Part shown: in pieces, positions 1-9,306 of the stretch
Layout of the letters: each line of letters begins with the position of its first letter
Numbering within the stretch: position 1 is the stretch's first letter
The notes under the pieces: generated by a model
Database searches by the model: none
Told to the model about the DNA's origin: nothing
The model's input: only the letters and a program-made list of their open reading frames with translations
Program-made: the position numbers and the translations under genes
Origin: a virus
DNA: 64,000 nt
Strand: one strand, 5' to 3'
IMG/VR virus record: IMGVR_UViG_3300045049_000125
Coordinates: 9,840 to 73,839 of that record

Positions 1-86
1 CCATTCAAATTGCATCTGATCCTAATGGATCAAATATCGTTTATTCGCAAACTGTGAGCTTCGACCTAGAAATCGATGTGATTTAA
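1..86 (+). CDS. 3' end of a late gene (partial; probably tail/fibre-associated)
   Basis: Open frame IQIASDPNGSNIVYSQTVSFDLEIDVI* ending in TAA at 84-86, just upstream of the lysis genes. Confidence 0.5.
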   Translation, partial: IQIASDPNGSNIVYSQTVSFDLEIDVI

Positions 87-164
87 CAATACACGGAAGT
101 ACAACTATTGCGTCGTACTCGTGTAGAGTGCGACGCAATTACATACGGGCAGGGGTGCCGCCTC

Positions 165-485
165 ATGTGGGAAATGCTTATCGGGATTGCCTACGTTCGG
201 TGGGCCATTTTCGCCGCCGTGGGCGGCATCATCGGGTATTTGATCCGTTCCGAATCCATTAACGCTCGGGACTTCATCATTGAGACGTTGGGAGCGGGTT
301 TCATGGGTCTATTGGTGGCAATGGCGTGCACAGCGTATAACCTGTCCACACCCATCACCGGAGTGCTTGTGGGTGTATCTGCTCTTGCCGGAGCGCGTGC
401 GACACTAACAGCCATGGAACGGTTGATTAAGCGTCGCTTGAATCTTCCTGAAACATCGGACGAAGCCAATGGAAAAGCACCTTAA
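165..485 (+). CDS. Holin (LydA-like, 2-3 TM segments)
   Basis: Three hydrophobic stretches, basic C-terminus, upstream of endolysin; ATG at 165. Confidence 0.75.
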   Translation: MWEMLIGIAYVRWAIFAAVGGIIGYLIRSESINARDFIIETLGAGFMGLLVAMACTAYNLSTPITGVLVGVSALAGARATLTAMERLIKRRLNLPETSDEANGKAP

Positions 486-624
486 TCACGCCCGCCGGGC
501 CATCGTCATTCTCGTCGTGCTTTGCCTGGGCATTGCGTGGCAGGCATGGCACACGACACAGCGAGCAGATGCGGTTCTAGACGCATATGAGAGCACCTTT
601 TCAACGCCCATTGCGTCCCAATGA
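469..624 (+). CDS. Small single-TM lysis-cassette protein (51 aa), missed by ORF track
   Basis: MEKHLNHARRAIVILVVLCLGIAWQAW...; overlaps the holin end and has ATGA coupling to the endolysin. Confidence 0.65.
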   Translation: MEKHLNHARRAIVILVVLCLGIAWQAWHTTQRADAVLDAYESTFSTPIASQ

Positions 625-1061
625 CTACACAGCTCTCTCACTACTTCACGCTTGAGGAAATGATCGCGAGCGATTACGCGCGCGTTCATGGAATCGACAA
701 CACGCCTCCGGAAGATGTGCTTTATAACTTGAAGCACAAGACGTGTTTCACGCTCGATTACATTCGGGAAATGCTCGGATGTCCGATTCACATTAACTCC
801 GGCTATCGCTGCCCAGCGGTCAATGCCGGCGTTGGTGGCTCCCCGACATCCGCCCACACGCGCGGCCTTGCCGCCGACATTGTGGTTCCTGGGATGTCGC
901 TGATGGACGTCTACAAGTCCATCCGGGATTCGCAAATCGCTTACGATCAGCTCATCTTCGAGAACACGTGGTTGCACATTGGCCTCGACGCTACCATGCG
1001 CCGCGAAAACCTCGTGATGTACCGCGAGAACGGTAAAACCCTCTACAAGCCAGGACCATAA
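621..1061 (+). CDS. Endolysin, peptidase M15A family
   Basis: Motifs SGYRCPAVN..VGG..TSAH..GLAADI and WLHIG (Zn ligands His, Asp, His). Confidence 0.9.
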   Translation: MTTQLSHYFTLEEMIASDYARVHGIDNTPPEDVLYNLKHKTCFTLDYIREMLGCPIHINSGYRCPAVNAGVGGSPTSAHTRGLAADIVVPGMSLMDVYKSIRDSQIAYDQLIFENTWLHIGLDATMRRENLVMYRENGKTLYKPGP

Positions 1062-1063
1062 CC

Positions 1064-1246
1064 ATGTATTACCTTCAAATTGACGCTTTGCCGCGCGACG
1101 TGCATCCGGTTCCCGAGGACCAACTCGGTCGATTCATGGGATGCGGTATTGCCGACGCCGAAAGCGCGGCTCTTCAACTCGAATGGTGGGCCAAGCAAAT
1201 TCGCGAAGACGCGAAAGACTTTACTCCCGGTCCTCATTGGGGATAA
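1064..1246 (+). CDS. Hypothetical protein (60 aa)
   Basis: ATG 2 nt after the endolysin stop, AGGA upstream. Confidence 0.5.
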   Translation: MYYLQIDALPRDVHPVPEDQLGRFMGCGIADAESAALQLEWWAKQIREDAKDFTPGPHWG

Positions 1247-1324
1247 TATCGCACCCGCGACGCCTCGGACCGTTGCCAACGTGTACGCCATTGCACGTCC
1301 TCCCTGGGCTCAAGGATGAGCCAT

Positions 1325-1353
1325 TAAAAACCCGCCTCACGGCGGGTTTTTTC
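1325..1353. terminator. Bidirectional intrinsic terminator between convergent arms
   Basis: AAAAACCCGCC-TCAC-GGCGGGTTTTT. Confidence 0.85.
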
Positions 1354-1959
1354 TTATGCGCATTCGTCGCGGTTCTTCGCTAATCGCCTGCTCCATCCCT
1401 TTCCGAAGGTGCGCCAGTTCTTGGACGAGCGATAAGCAACCTCACGAAGGTCGTTGAGCATCAAGCAGGCGCGATACCTGTCCGGGGCGGCTTTGGTGGC
1501 TTGCGCGACCCATGCGAGGCTGCGCGGGCCGTGCTGGACGTAGCTGTCAAAGGCTTGATAGGCGAGTTCGTCATTCCTGATTCGGGATGCTCCGCTGTTA
1601 CGCCATAGTGATTCATAAATGAATCGCGCCACTTCGATAGGAAGGTCCGCCATGCGGCCTCGATATCCATAGTGTCGGGCTGTGGATTCAGTAATGCCAA
1701 ATCGGGTCGGGCCACCCGGATCACGGGCGCGGTTAGCGAATCCGCCTTCGTGGGCGAGTACACGATTGATGCTCCTGTGCATAACGGCCGCTCTGCGAGC
1801 CGTCTCCGCCGCCATCAGGGCATCGAGCAAGTCCGGTGCGGCTTTGGGTAGAGTGACGGGCTGGGCGTTCTGTGGCGCTGCTACGGCGTGGTAAGGAAGG
1901 GTGGTGGCCCAGCCAAGGGCGAAGGTTACAACGGCGATGAGTGCGGCTCGGTGCCACAT
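1354..1959 (-). CDS. Glycoside hydrolase family 108 muramidase with N-terminal signal peptide
   Basis: HEGGFAN..RDPGGPTRFGIT motif; C-terminal FGKGWSRRL; GGAGG RBS before ATG 1959; hydrophobic N-terminus. Confidence 0.85.
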   Translation of the reverse strand: MWHRAALIAVVTFALGWATTLPYHAVAAPQNAQPVTLPKAAPDLLDALMAAETARRAAVMHRSINRVLAHEGGFANRARDPGGPTRFGITESTARHYGYRGRMADLPIEVARFIYESLWRNSGASRIRNDELAYQAFDSYVQHGPRSLAWVAQATKAAPDRYRACLMLNDLREVAYRSSKNWRTFGKGWSRRLAKNRDECA

Positions 1960-2088
1960 AGTACGGTCCTCCGTGTCGAATGCATGGCCGAACATCGATC
2001 ATGCGCGCGGCGGTGGGACTTCCTGTGAAGTCGCTTTGCCGAATGTGTGAATTCCCTTTGTAACGCTTTCAGTGCGGTATTGTCAACT

Positions 2089-2280
2089 TTATTTAAAATT
2101 AACATCTACAACTTGGGCGTCCAGCGCCCAATATTGCGACTGCCTTTCCGTTGGGAAATAGTAGGCCGCCGTGCGCAGGGTTGGCGCCACAACGCGCGGC
2201 GTGTCGGGGTTGTAGATCACGCCATTGAACGTGATGGACGATGCCAGAAAAACGGATTCAAGGAAGGGTTCGAGGATCAT
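2089..2280 (-). CDS. Hypothetical protein
   Basis: 63 aa ORF in operon context. Confidence 0.5.
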   Translation of the reverse strand: MILEPFLESVFLASSITFNGVIYNPDTPRVVAPTLRTAAYYFPTERQSQYWALDAQVVDVNFK

Positions 2281-2287
2281 TCACCGC

Positions 2288-3091
2288 TCACTTGTCGCAG
2301 TGCTCGCGGTTATATTCGACGCTTCCCGGCGTAAGAGCGAAGCACAGATTGTAGTGGCGTTGCTGGTACTCGGAGAGCTGGTAAAGCGTGCCCACAACCA
2401 TGCGACCATCGTACCCGCGCATCTGGTAGAGATTGCCGCCGATGGGTTGCGGCATGATTCCGTCGCTTTGCAGCTTAAGCACGTCGTCTTTGGTCAACTG
2501 CACCAGCTTGGAAGGGTCTTTATTAGCCGGGCGTACATTGGTGCGGTCGTACGTGGAAGGCTGACGCACGCGACTGACGTAGGAACATTTCTCGCGCTCG
2601 ATCCACACGTATCGATTATGCGAGTCCGCAGGCTGCGCGTTTTCGCGAACGATGGTCACGGAATCGTTGATGGCCTCGACGGATGCGATGGCCGGCCCTG
2701 GCGCGGAAGTCTTAGCCGCTGCGCCAGTGGCTAATAGGCGGCCGAGCGCTTGCCCTACGCCAGCAAAGCTCTTGGCGGGGTCTTTGTAATTCGGATTCTC
2801 TTCCATCTGGCCGGAGACTCGGCATGTCTCCACGTACTCTTGGTCTAGCGGCAGCGGCGCCAACCCGGAACGCTTGGGAATGACGTGTTGGCCTTGCTCA
2901 TTGACGACGATCACAGAGCGCGGACTATCTTGTCCTGCTATGGTAGTCGCCATTGCGCCGGCAATACTCGCGTCCTGTGCGTGGGCCGACTGGCTGCAAC
3001 CAAGGATCAAGAGGGCTGTTGCGATGATCGACATTGCAAACGTTCGCCAGAAAAGCATGGCGTACGTGGAGGTGTGGCAGTTGCAGGTCAT
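2288..3091 (-). CDS. Secreted/lipoprotein-like hypothetical protein
   Basis: Hydrophobic IIATALLILGC followed by AHA-QD cleavage-like site; several Cys; own promoter. Confidence 0.6.
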   Translation of the reverse strand: MTCNCHTSTYAMLFWRTFAMSIIATALLILGCSQSAHAQDASIAGAMATTIAGQDSPRSVIVVNEQGQHVIPKRSGLAPLPLDQEYVETCRVSGQMEENPNYKDPAKSFAGVGQALGRLLATGAAAKTSAPGPAIASVEAINDSVTIVRENAQPADSHNRYVWIEREKCSYVSRVRQPSTYDRTNVRPANKDPSKLVQLTKDDVLKLQSDGIMPQPIGGNLYQMRGYDGRMVVGTLYQLSEYQQRHYNLCFALTPGSVEYNREHCDK

Positions 3092-3123
3092 GGCCGTGCG
3101 TCCTATGAAAGGGTGAATGTGAA

Positions 3124-3162
3124 AACGGGGCCGATTATGGCCCCGTTCGTATTACCAGTCAA
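3124..3162 (-). promoter_or_regulatory. sigma70-like promoter with -10 inside a hairpin
   Basis: TTGACT-17-CATAAT; inverted repeat AACGGGGCC/GGCCCCGTT. Confidence 0.6.
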
Positions 3163-3167
3163 GCGAT

Positions 3168-3353
3168 TTAAAACAGCTCGGGATGGCGCTCTTTCAGCGT
3201 GCGTTCAAACTGTTCAAACGCTTGCTGGGCGGGAAGGGTGTTTCGCCCGTTAGCAACGCGCCCCTGCTTCCACAACTCATCCCGGAGCTTGTTCAGGTCC
3301 ATCTTGATGGCCTTCACCCGAGCGAAGTCCGTGTCGTTGCCGGTCACTCGCAT
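3168..3353 (-). CDS. Hypothetical protein
   Basis: 61 aa ORF overlapping upstream gene end. Confidence 0.55.
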   Translation of the reverse strand: MRVTGNDTDFARVKAIKMDLNKLRDELWKQGRVANGRNTLPAQQAFEQFERTLKERHPELF

Positions 3354-4342
3354 TCGACGGCTCCATCTTCCGGTACGTACCAGCCCAAGACTTCGGTCAT
3401 GGCCTCGTCCAGTTCGTCGCCATAGCGAAGCGCTTCCTCGTCACCGGTAGCGCGATCCGCTTCATCAAGAAGCTCACGAATCACGAAAGGATGGCCGTCT
3501 TCAACGTCCGACGTGTTGCGCAGGGCACGATAGGCGGCGGCTTCCCAGGCAATGCGCGGGTTCCACTCGTTCAGGACCTCTTCCACGTGTTCCGGAAGCG
3601 CCGGTTGCATGACTTCGACAAGCGTTGCCTTTAGGGCATCGGCCATCGTCGCAAACGTCACCTCGGATTCCTGTGGGATGGTCCAGGGCGTACGGGCGAG
3701 GACGCTCATACCCGCATCGCCCAGCGTCTTTTCGGCGACAAGCGCCATGAAGCGGTCCCCAAGATCGTTGAGCTTTTGGTGCAGCTCACCAATGGTTTGA
3801 TCCCGTGCCCACAGATAGCGTTCGAGGTTGCTTGCCCGGCGTTCGGCGTCGTTGCGCTCGTCCACAATGCGGGCAAGCGCCTTTTCCGCTTTCATTGCCC
3901 GCTCATGCCAGCCTTTCAGAACGTTCACCAGCGCCTCAGCCGCTTCCGCGCTCTTGCCCAACCGTTCGACTTCGGCTTGCGCGATGTCCAGGCGGTTTTG
4001 CAACGCTTCGCCCTCGGCTGTCAGCGATTCAATGCGCTTATTCTTGGCGTCCAGGAGATCGATAAGGTTGCGATTTTGATCGCCAAGAACCTTCACCGAA
4101 TTCTCGGCGGCAATCGCGCGTGCCATGGCATGCTCGACAGCCATGTCACCGATTGTGTGGATGTACGGAGATGACTGCAACTCCATTTTAAAATCGATGG
4201 TAGTTCCCGTTAGAACCCAACCTGCCGATCGGATAGCCGGATGGTTGTGAAGTGCCCATGCGATTTTTTCCAGCATTTGAATGGTGAGTTCCTCGGTCGG
4301 AACAGGCCGGTCGATGGTGATTTGAATCTCATTCAGAGACAT
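3344..4342 (-). CDS. Coiled-coil hypothetical protein
   Basis: Long heptad-rich E/A/R/L segment; start MSLNEIQ. Confidence 0.65.
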   Translation of the reverse strand: MSLNEIQITIDRPVPTEELTIQMLEKIAWALHNHPAIRSAGWVLTGTTIDFKMELQSSPYIHTIGDMAVEHAMARAIAAENSVKVLGDQNRNLIDLLDAKNKRIESLTAEGEALQNRLDIAQAEVERLGKSAEAAEALVNVLKGWHERAMKAEKALARIVDERNDAERRASNLERYLWARDQTIGELHQKLNDLGDRFMALVAEKTLGDAGMSVLARTPWTIPQESEVTFATMADALKATLVEVMQPALPEHVEEVLNEWNPRIAWEAAAYRALRNTSDVEDGHPFVIRELLDEADRATGDEEALRYGDELDEAMTEVLGWYVPEDGAVECE

Positions 4343-4724
4343 TTTCCGGTTCCTTGTAGTTCGGCGTTGGGTTGGCAATTTCTTCTTCGATCATGCGATC
4401 TACTGCGCGCAGTCGCTTGGCCGATTCCTGTTCGATTTCATACCGCATGGCCTTCAAGGCTAGCAGGCGAGTGCTGAACAGCGACCGAGGTTGTTGCGAG
4501 GACACGTGATCCCAGCCAAACCCGTGGTAAATGGATGAGGAACACGCCTTCTCCGTGGTGCCGCGATAGGTGTTGAAATCCCATCCGTGAGTGAGAGACG
4601 GCCCCGAGCGCTCGTAGCTGTTGAGCGGCGGCGCAAGATCACGCGGTACCGGGCTTGTGGAGCGCAAAGCCGAGGCGGTCAAAGCCGCCTCAAACCGTGC
4701 TTGCTCTTTCTTGGTCATCGCCAC
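4329..4724 (-). CDS. Hypothetical phage protein
   Basis: 131 aa ORF tightly packed in operon. Confidence 0.6.
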   Translation of the reverse strand: MAMTKKEQARFEAALTASALRSTSPVPRDLAPPLNSYERSGPSLTHGWDFNTYRGTTEKACSSSIYHGFGWDHVSSQQPRSLFSTRLLALKAMRYEIEQESAKRLRAVDRMIEEEIANPTPNYKEPENVSE

Positions 4725-4727
4725 GAG

Positions 4728-4913
4728 TTAGCCCTCACCTTTGATTTCCTGAATGTCAGTCGGACCGTTGAAGACGAGCCATTTACCGGTCTCGCTGTCG
4801 ATGACGTAATACTCGTCACACTCGGCGAATTGCAGTGCGAGGACTTCGTTGTTGGTGCCTTTGACGCAGCCGTCGAACTGGTCAACGATGATGAAGCGGA
4901 ACGGAAGAGCCAT
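4728..4913 (-). CDS. Hypothetical protein
   Basis: MALPFRFII...; GAGG RBS; TAGACA-17-TACACT promoter upstream. Confidence 0.6.
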   Translation of the reverse strand: MALPFRFIIVDQFDGCVKGTNNEVLALQFAECDEYYVIDSETGKWLVFNGPTDIQEIKGEG

Positions 4914-5145
4914 TTTTAAAACCTCGGATGATGTTGTGTTGCGCGAGTGTATTACAAAGAAATACAGTTGTCTAGTTCGGAATTTCCACAACCCACAGCC
5001 GTGGCCCTTGCCATGCGTAAAAGCCTTCGTCATCGAATTCCGCTACGTATTTCAGGGCTTCGTCATAGGTGATGCACCCGTGCCCTATAACCTCCCGTGG
5101 CGCACCTAACAGAATATGTGACGCCATGATTTTGAATTTCATGGC

Positions 5146-5685
5146 TTAGTCCTGCCAACTCGGGTAATCCGAGCATTCGATGTGCTGAATTTCTCCGCTG
5201 GTCAGCGGAATGACCTTACGTGGTTCCGGTGGATGGTCGGGCATCGGACGAGGCGGCGCAGGATGCGCCTGACGAGGCTTCGGCGTCTCGTCAATCACTA
5301 CCACATCCATTCCCAGGCTCGCAGCGCGGCGGCGCAGGTCTTCAAGGTCACGCAGCTTACGCGCAGCCTCGTCGCTCTTTGTCTGTTTGTTCACATAGGC
5401 AATTAGCGCGGCACGCCAATCCGAATCAAGAAAGATATTCGCGGGAAAGATGAAGTCCTCGCTCTCTCCACCAAACAGTTCTACCTGCACAAGGATTTTG
5501 TTTCCGGAAATACGGACGTTTTCAATCTGCCACGCCCCAAGAACACGAATTTCCGAAGGATAAATTGCCGTGAGTCGGCGATACTCGTTCACTATAGGAA
5601 CAATAGCTATTGCCAAAGCGCTTAGCGCAGTCTCGGCAACGTGCTTCTTGCTTTCAAAATCTTGAATCAACTCAAGAGTATTCAT
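5146..5685 (-). CDS. Hypothetical protein with Pro-rich C-terminus
   Basis: 179 aa ORF, GAGG RBS. Confidence 0.6.
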   Translation of the reverse strand: MNTLELIQDFESKKHVAETALSALAIAIVPIVNEYRRLTAIYPSEIRVLGAWQIENVRISGNKILVQVELFGGESEDFIFPANIFLDSDWRAALIAYVNKQTKSDEAARKLRDLEDLRRRAASLGMDVVVIDETPKPRQAHPAPPRPMPDHPPEPRKVIPLTSGEIQHIECSDYPSWQD

Positions 5686-5848
5686 TTAAAACCTCACTCG
5701 GCAAGTTTGTATGTACTAAGAACGAACAAGGAAAAACCGATCACCATGAGAACAAGCCTTGTTTCCATGTGACCGGGCGGCATCAGCAGTGCTGGACCTA
5801 GGCATACCAAGTAGCTTAGAACCATCAACAGGAATCGATAGCGGCGTT

Positions 5849-6166
5849 TCACAAGGTAAGCCCCAGCGCTCGCGCGATGGAATGGCATACCAAGTCGTAG
5901 CCGTCCAGTAAGCCCGCGTGATAGTCGTTCTCAATGCGGAATCGCTTGGACAAATCCCGAAGCTCCACGAGAAGCCCGTTTTGCCATCCGGCACGGAGTG
6001 GGATGTTCGTGTCAGCCCACCACTTCACGTGTTCAGCGCATTCCAAAACGCCATCGTAAAGCCCGTGGATGAAATCGCTACGGTTTATCGCTACCGGGCC
6101 GGGAATGCCCTCCCGGTAGACGCGCGTTGCATCACGGATAACCTGATGCAAATCGACTGTGCTCAT
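5849..6166 (-). CDS. Hypothetical protein
   Basis: ATGA overlap with upstream ORF. Confidence 0.55.
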   Translation of the reverse strand: MSTVDLHQVIRDATRVYREGIPGPVAINRSDFIHGLYDGVLECAEHVKWWADTNIPLRAGWQNGLLVELRDLSKRFRIENDYHAGLLDGYDLVCHSIARALGLTL

Positions 6167-6378
6167 TTGATGCGGTCCTTAAGAAGTTCGTAAGCCTGTT
6201 CGAGGTCTTCGGCGGCGTCTTTCAAATCGTCGCCGGCGAGGATCATTCCTCGATCAGCTTGGGCACGCATGATGCGCGCACGCAGGGACAAGATGGACAG
6301 AGCGGATTCCACGGGATCGGTGTGGACGGGCTGAATCATTGAGGTTTCCATGTCAATACGGAATGAAGTCTTGACCAT
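6163..6378 (-). CDS. Hypothetical protein
   Basis: Packed ORF. Confidence 0.5.
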   Translation of the reverse strand: MVKTSFRIDMETSMIQPVHTDPVESALSILSLRARIMRAQADRGMILAGDDLKDAAEDLEQAYELLKDRIK

Positions 6379-6679
6379 GGCCTAGCGGATCGTCTTCGGC
6401 CATAGCCTCATTGTACATACGTTCCAGCTCTTCGCGTCGAATGCTGTCACGCTGCGACTCAATAATCGCCTTTGCGTTCGCAAAGTCAACCACTCGCGCA
6501 TTGTTGTGTTTGAAGCGCGACAGGGCCGCGAGCGCCGTCCCCTTGTGGCGATAGCACAGCACGATTTCGGGACGGTCGGAGGTCCACCAGACCGAATTGT
6601 CAAGATTTCGGTCCACAAGCGCGAGAGTATCCACGCCAAGGGATTGCCCTCGGCGTGCGTCGCAGATGATTGCGTACAT
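6353..6679 (-). CDS. Hypothetical phage protein
   Basis: 108 aa, GAGG RBS. Confidence 0.6.
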   Translation of the reverse strand: MYAIICDARRGQSLGVDTLALVDRNLDNSVWWTSDRPEIVLCYRHKGTALAALSRFKHNNARVVDFANAKAIIESQRDSIRREELERMYNEAMAEDDPLGHGQDFIPY

Positions 6680-6692
6680 TTAAAACCTCTTG

Positions 6693-6947
6693 TTATTCGG
6701 AATCCCAGCCCATCGCAAGAGCCAGTTGTTTCACGGCCGCGCGGCTGTCATCGTTGTCGCGGATGTAGCCAAGGTTTGGAAGGTTGCCCATTCGCCACAG
6801 AAGCAATTCGCCCGCTGCTGCACGCAGCGCGTTCAGCTCTTGAAGGACGGTTTGCGCCTCGTCGGGCGTCAGGATCGCACAACCGACGTAATGACCATCC
6901 CGTGGGAAGTTAATGGCATTTTCGAGGATGTTCCGGGCGGCGCTCAT
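6693..6947 (-). CDS. Hypothetical protein
   Basis: ATGA coupling with 6944..7153. Confidence 0.55.
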   Translation of the reverse strand: MSAARNILENAINFPRDGHYVGCAILTPDEAQTVLQELNALRAAAGELLLWRMGNLPNLGYIRDNDDSRAAVKQLALAMGWDSE

Positions 6948-7153
6948 AGGACGCGCACCCAATGGAAGCCGTCCGCGTCCTCGTAGTGGCCGCCCGGCTC
7001 AAGGCAACGTACACGCGGAAGCTCGTCGTCAGGAAGGAAGGAGGGAAGGTTATTGTCAGAAATGGCGCGCCAATCGTCGCCTGCCTGAACCCGGCGCGCT
7101 TCGTGAAGCGCGCGATCTAGGGTATCACTGAGAACGTAAATTGCATCTTTCAT
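6944..7153 (-). CDS. Hypothetical protein
   Basis: 69 aa ORF. Confidence 0.55.
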   Translation of the reverse strand: MKDAIYVLSDTLDRALHEARRVQAGDDWRAISDNNLPSFLPDDELPRVRCLEPGGHYEDADGFHWVRVL

Positions 7154-7180
7154 GATTGTGAGCCTGTGTGGATTGAGGGT

Positions 7181-7405
7181 TTAGATCGTGATGCCGTACT
7201 CAACGAAGTCGCGCGCGGCCTCGGTCGGAACATAGCACGTGCCGTAATCGCTATCTTCCCGCTTGAGGTAACCCATGCGGATCAGCTTGTTGATTGTGCG
7301 GCGCGCGCTCAGGTAACCGGTGAAATGGCTATCCATGGAGAAGGCAAAGCCCGTGCGGACGGCAACGTTGATGGTCTTGACTTCGATCTTGGTCAACTTG
7401 TTCAT
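7181..7405 (-). CDS. Small early protein
   Basis: Preceded by TTGACA-16-TATGAT promoter and CACACATTCGGAG leader. Confidence 0.6.
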   Translation of the reverse strand: MNKLTKIEVKTINVAVRTGFAFSMDSHFTGYLSARRTINKLIRMGYLKREDSDYGTCYVPTEAARDFVEYGITI

Positions 7406-7460
7406 TTCGTACTCCGAATGTGTGTTAGGTGTGAGAATCATACACCCTAATTTGAAACTG

Positions 7461-7589
7461 TCAAGCGATGGATAGCACTACTTCGCTATATCCGCTTTCC
7501 AACTTCCATTTTGCGAATGCGGCAGCGTTGACCCAATCGTCAAAAACTTGTGAACTGTTGTCCCAAGACACTTTCCACTTTTTGTTCAT
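7461..7589 (-). CDS. Small protein (42 aa), missed by ORF track
   Basis: MNKKWKVSWDNSSQVFDDW...; ATGA coupling with upstream ORF; its stop lies in the next -35 box. Confidence 0.55.
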   Translation of the reverse strand: MNKKWKVSWDNSSQVFDDWVNAAAFAKWKLESGYSEVVLSIA

Positions 7590-7813
7590 GATCGTTCGTC
7601 CAATGAGTGTTCTTTGTCGCATTGTCGCATAGCCTTATCCATGGTTCTATGCGTAACGATAGTTCCCGGCGCCCATGTCGTTCCTGAACGACGATACGCG
7701 GCCGAATGCCATACCCCATTGATCTTCCACACGTAATAACGGTGGTCTTCATCCGGAACGGCAATGTTCATCCGGTATTTATCCGGAGGGACAGGCTTAA
7801 ATTGAAGCTCCAT
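7586..7813 (-). CDS. Hypothetical protein
   Basis: MELQFKPV... ORF. Confidence 0.5.
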   Translation of the reverse strand: MELQFKPVPPDKYRMNIAVPDEDHRYYVWKINGVWHSAAYRRSGTTWAPGTIVTHRTMDKAMRQCDKEHSLDERS

Positions 7814-7830
7814 TCTTACACCTTGGTTAT

Positions 7831-7858
7831 AAAAAGGGCGGCACACGGCCGCCCTTTT
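7831..7858. terminator. Intrinsic terminator downstream of the adhesin gene
   Basis: AAAAGGGCGG...CCGCCCTTTT. Confidence 0.8.
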
Positions 7859-7880
7859 AGATTACATCAGTGCTATTCAA

Positions 7881-8960
7881 TTACCAAGCGTACCCGGCCG
7901 AAACCTTGACCGCGAGGTGATGCCCGAACCCATAGGAATCGGACAGCGCTCGGCTGATGCCTCCACCGATGTTGAACTGTTCGTTGACCTGATAGCCGAA
8001 CGCCAGACCCATGGCCGAGGCGCCATTGAACGATCCGAAGCCGCCGCCCACCCACTTCTGACCAGGAGCCAGTTGCGGAACCTGCGGAATCGCCATGGCC
8101 TGCGCCGTGCCGATGCTGGCGAAGCGAATGGCCTTGGTCAGGCCGGCGGCCACCTGTCGATCAGTGTAGGCGTTCGCCCAATTCAGGGTCTCAGCGGATG
8201 CGGACGCCACGCGGCTGTCGGTATATGCGGACGCGCTGGCGACGGCCGAGGCAGTTGCAGCAGTGGTCGCTGCGTTCAGTTGGTCCACGGTAACGGCGTC
8301 CGGAGCATTCTGACCTGCCGGACCCTGCGGACCTGCGGGGCCTTGCGGGCCGGTATCGCCCTTGGGGCCAGCCACGCCGGACTGCGCCAGAATATCCACG
8401 CGGGTCGAAAGCGCCGAAACCTGCGAACTCAGACCATTGAACTGAGCCATGTTCACGGCGTCACCATCATTGATGCCGGCGGCCACGTGGATCAGGCGCC
8501 GGTCACCGTACGTTGTGGAACCGAAAGATACGACATTGGACAATCCGTCATCGGACGATCCGAAACCGAACACGCCAGACATGGTGCCACTGGCCCAATT
8601 GAATGCGCCCACCGATGTGGTGTAATCGCCCGTGGCGCTCGACTTGTAGCCGATAGCCGAGCGGTACGCTTCGCCGGCATCATGCGCAGTGGTGCTGATC
8701 GTACCGGTATAGGCATACGCGCCCAGGGCGGTATCGCCCCGACCGATGGCCCATGCGGAATAGCCGACTGCCGTGCCGTAGTCGCCGGCCTTGGCGATGC
8801 GTGGTCGCGTGACGCCATCCGGGCCAGTAACGTTCATGGTGGGCGTGCTGGCGCCGATGGCGACAGACTGCGGAGTGGTGGGAAAACCTACCGGAATGGT
8901 CTGAGCGAACGCGCCCAGGGCCACGAAGGCCATGACTACGGAAAAGAGAATGCGTTTCAT
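7881..8960 (-). CDS. YadA-family trimeric autotransporter adhesin with collagen-like insert
   Basis: Signal peptide; SVAIG/TAVG/TALG/SAIG head repeats; neck RRLIHVAAGINDGDAVN; GPxGxx repeats; AYTD stalk; beta-barrel anchor ending SAGYAW. Confidence 0.9.
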   Translation of the reverse strand: MKRILFSVVMAFVALGAFAQTIPVGFPTTPQSVAIGASTPTMNVTGPDGVTRPRIAKAGDYGTAVGYSAWAIGRGDTALGAYAYTGTISTTAHDAGEAYRSAIGYKSSATGDYTTSVGAFNWASGTMSGVFGFGSSDDGLSNVVSFGSTTYGDRRLIHVAAGINDGDAVNMAQFNGLSSQVSALSTRVDILAQSGVAGPKGDTGPQGPAGPQGPAGQNAPDAVTVDQLNAATTAATASAVASASAYTDSRVASASAETLNWANAYTDRQVAAGLTKAIRFASIGTAQAMAIPQVPQLAPGQKWVGGGFGSFNGASAMGLAFGYQVNEQFNIGGGISRALSDSYGFGHHLAVKVSAGYAW

Positions 8961-9045
8961 GTGCGATTCCTCGATGGTTGGTAATGGAAGGTGTTGCGGC
9001 TCTTTTATACATCACCTTTGCTGAACGCCAGCCTACTGTTTTAAA

Positions 9046-9306
9046 TCACAGACTTGACATAAAGCCCGACAGGTCAACGCCATAGGTCTTGATGGCGCAG
9101 ACATGGATTTTCTCCGGCCGGCTGCGCCGCGAAGGCTCGAACAGACGCCATGCGCCGTCCTCACGTTGACCCCACACCAATCCCGCCTTTCCACAGCGTT
9201 GGCAGACGAGATATTGCGGCTCTTCGTCGTATTGGTCGTCAGCGTATGGGATGCCGCATGCGCGGTCGATCATGCGATCAACGAAGAAATCGGCCCAATC
9301 ACCCAT
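9046..9306 (-). CDS. Small Zn-ribbon protein
   Basis: CQRCG...HVC motif. Confidence 0.6.
   Translation of the reverse strand: MGDWADFFVDRMIDRACGIPYADDQYDEEPQYLVCQRCGKAGLVWGQREDGAWRLFEPSRRSRPEKIHVCAIKTYGVDLSGFMSSL

Noticed and set aside
1996-2045. c-di-GMP-I riboswitch in the GH108 leader (GGCAAA then hairpin)
   Set aside because: No GNRA tetraloop and no GACGCAAAG junction
7917-8984. Long plus-strand ORF (355 aa)
   Set aside because: Antisense shadow of the GC-rich adhesin gene; no motifs
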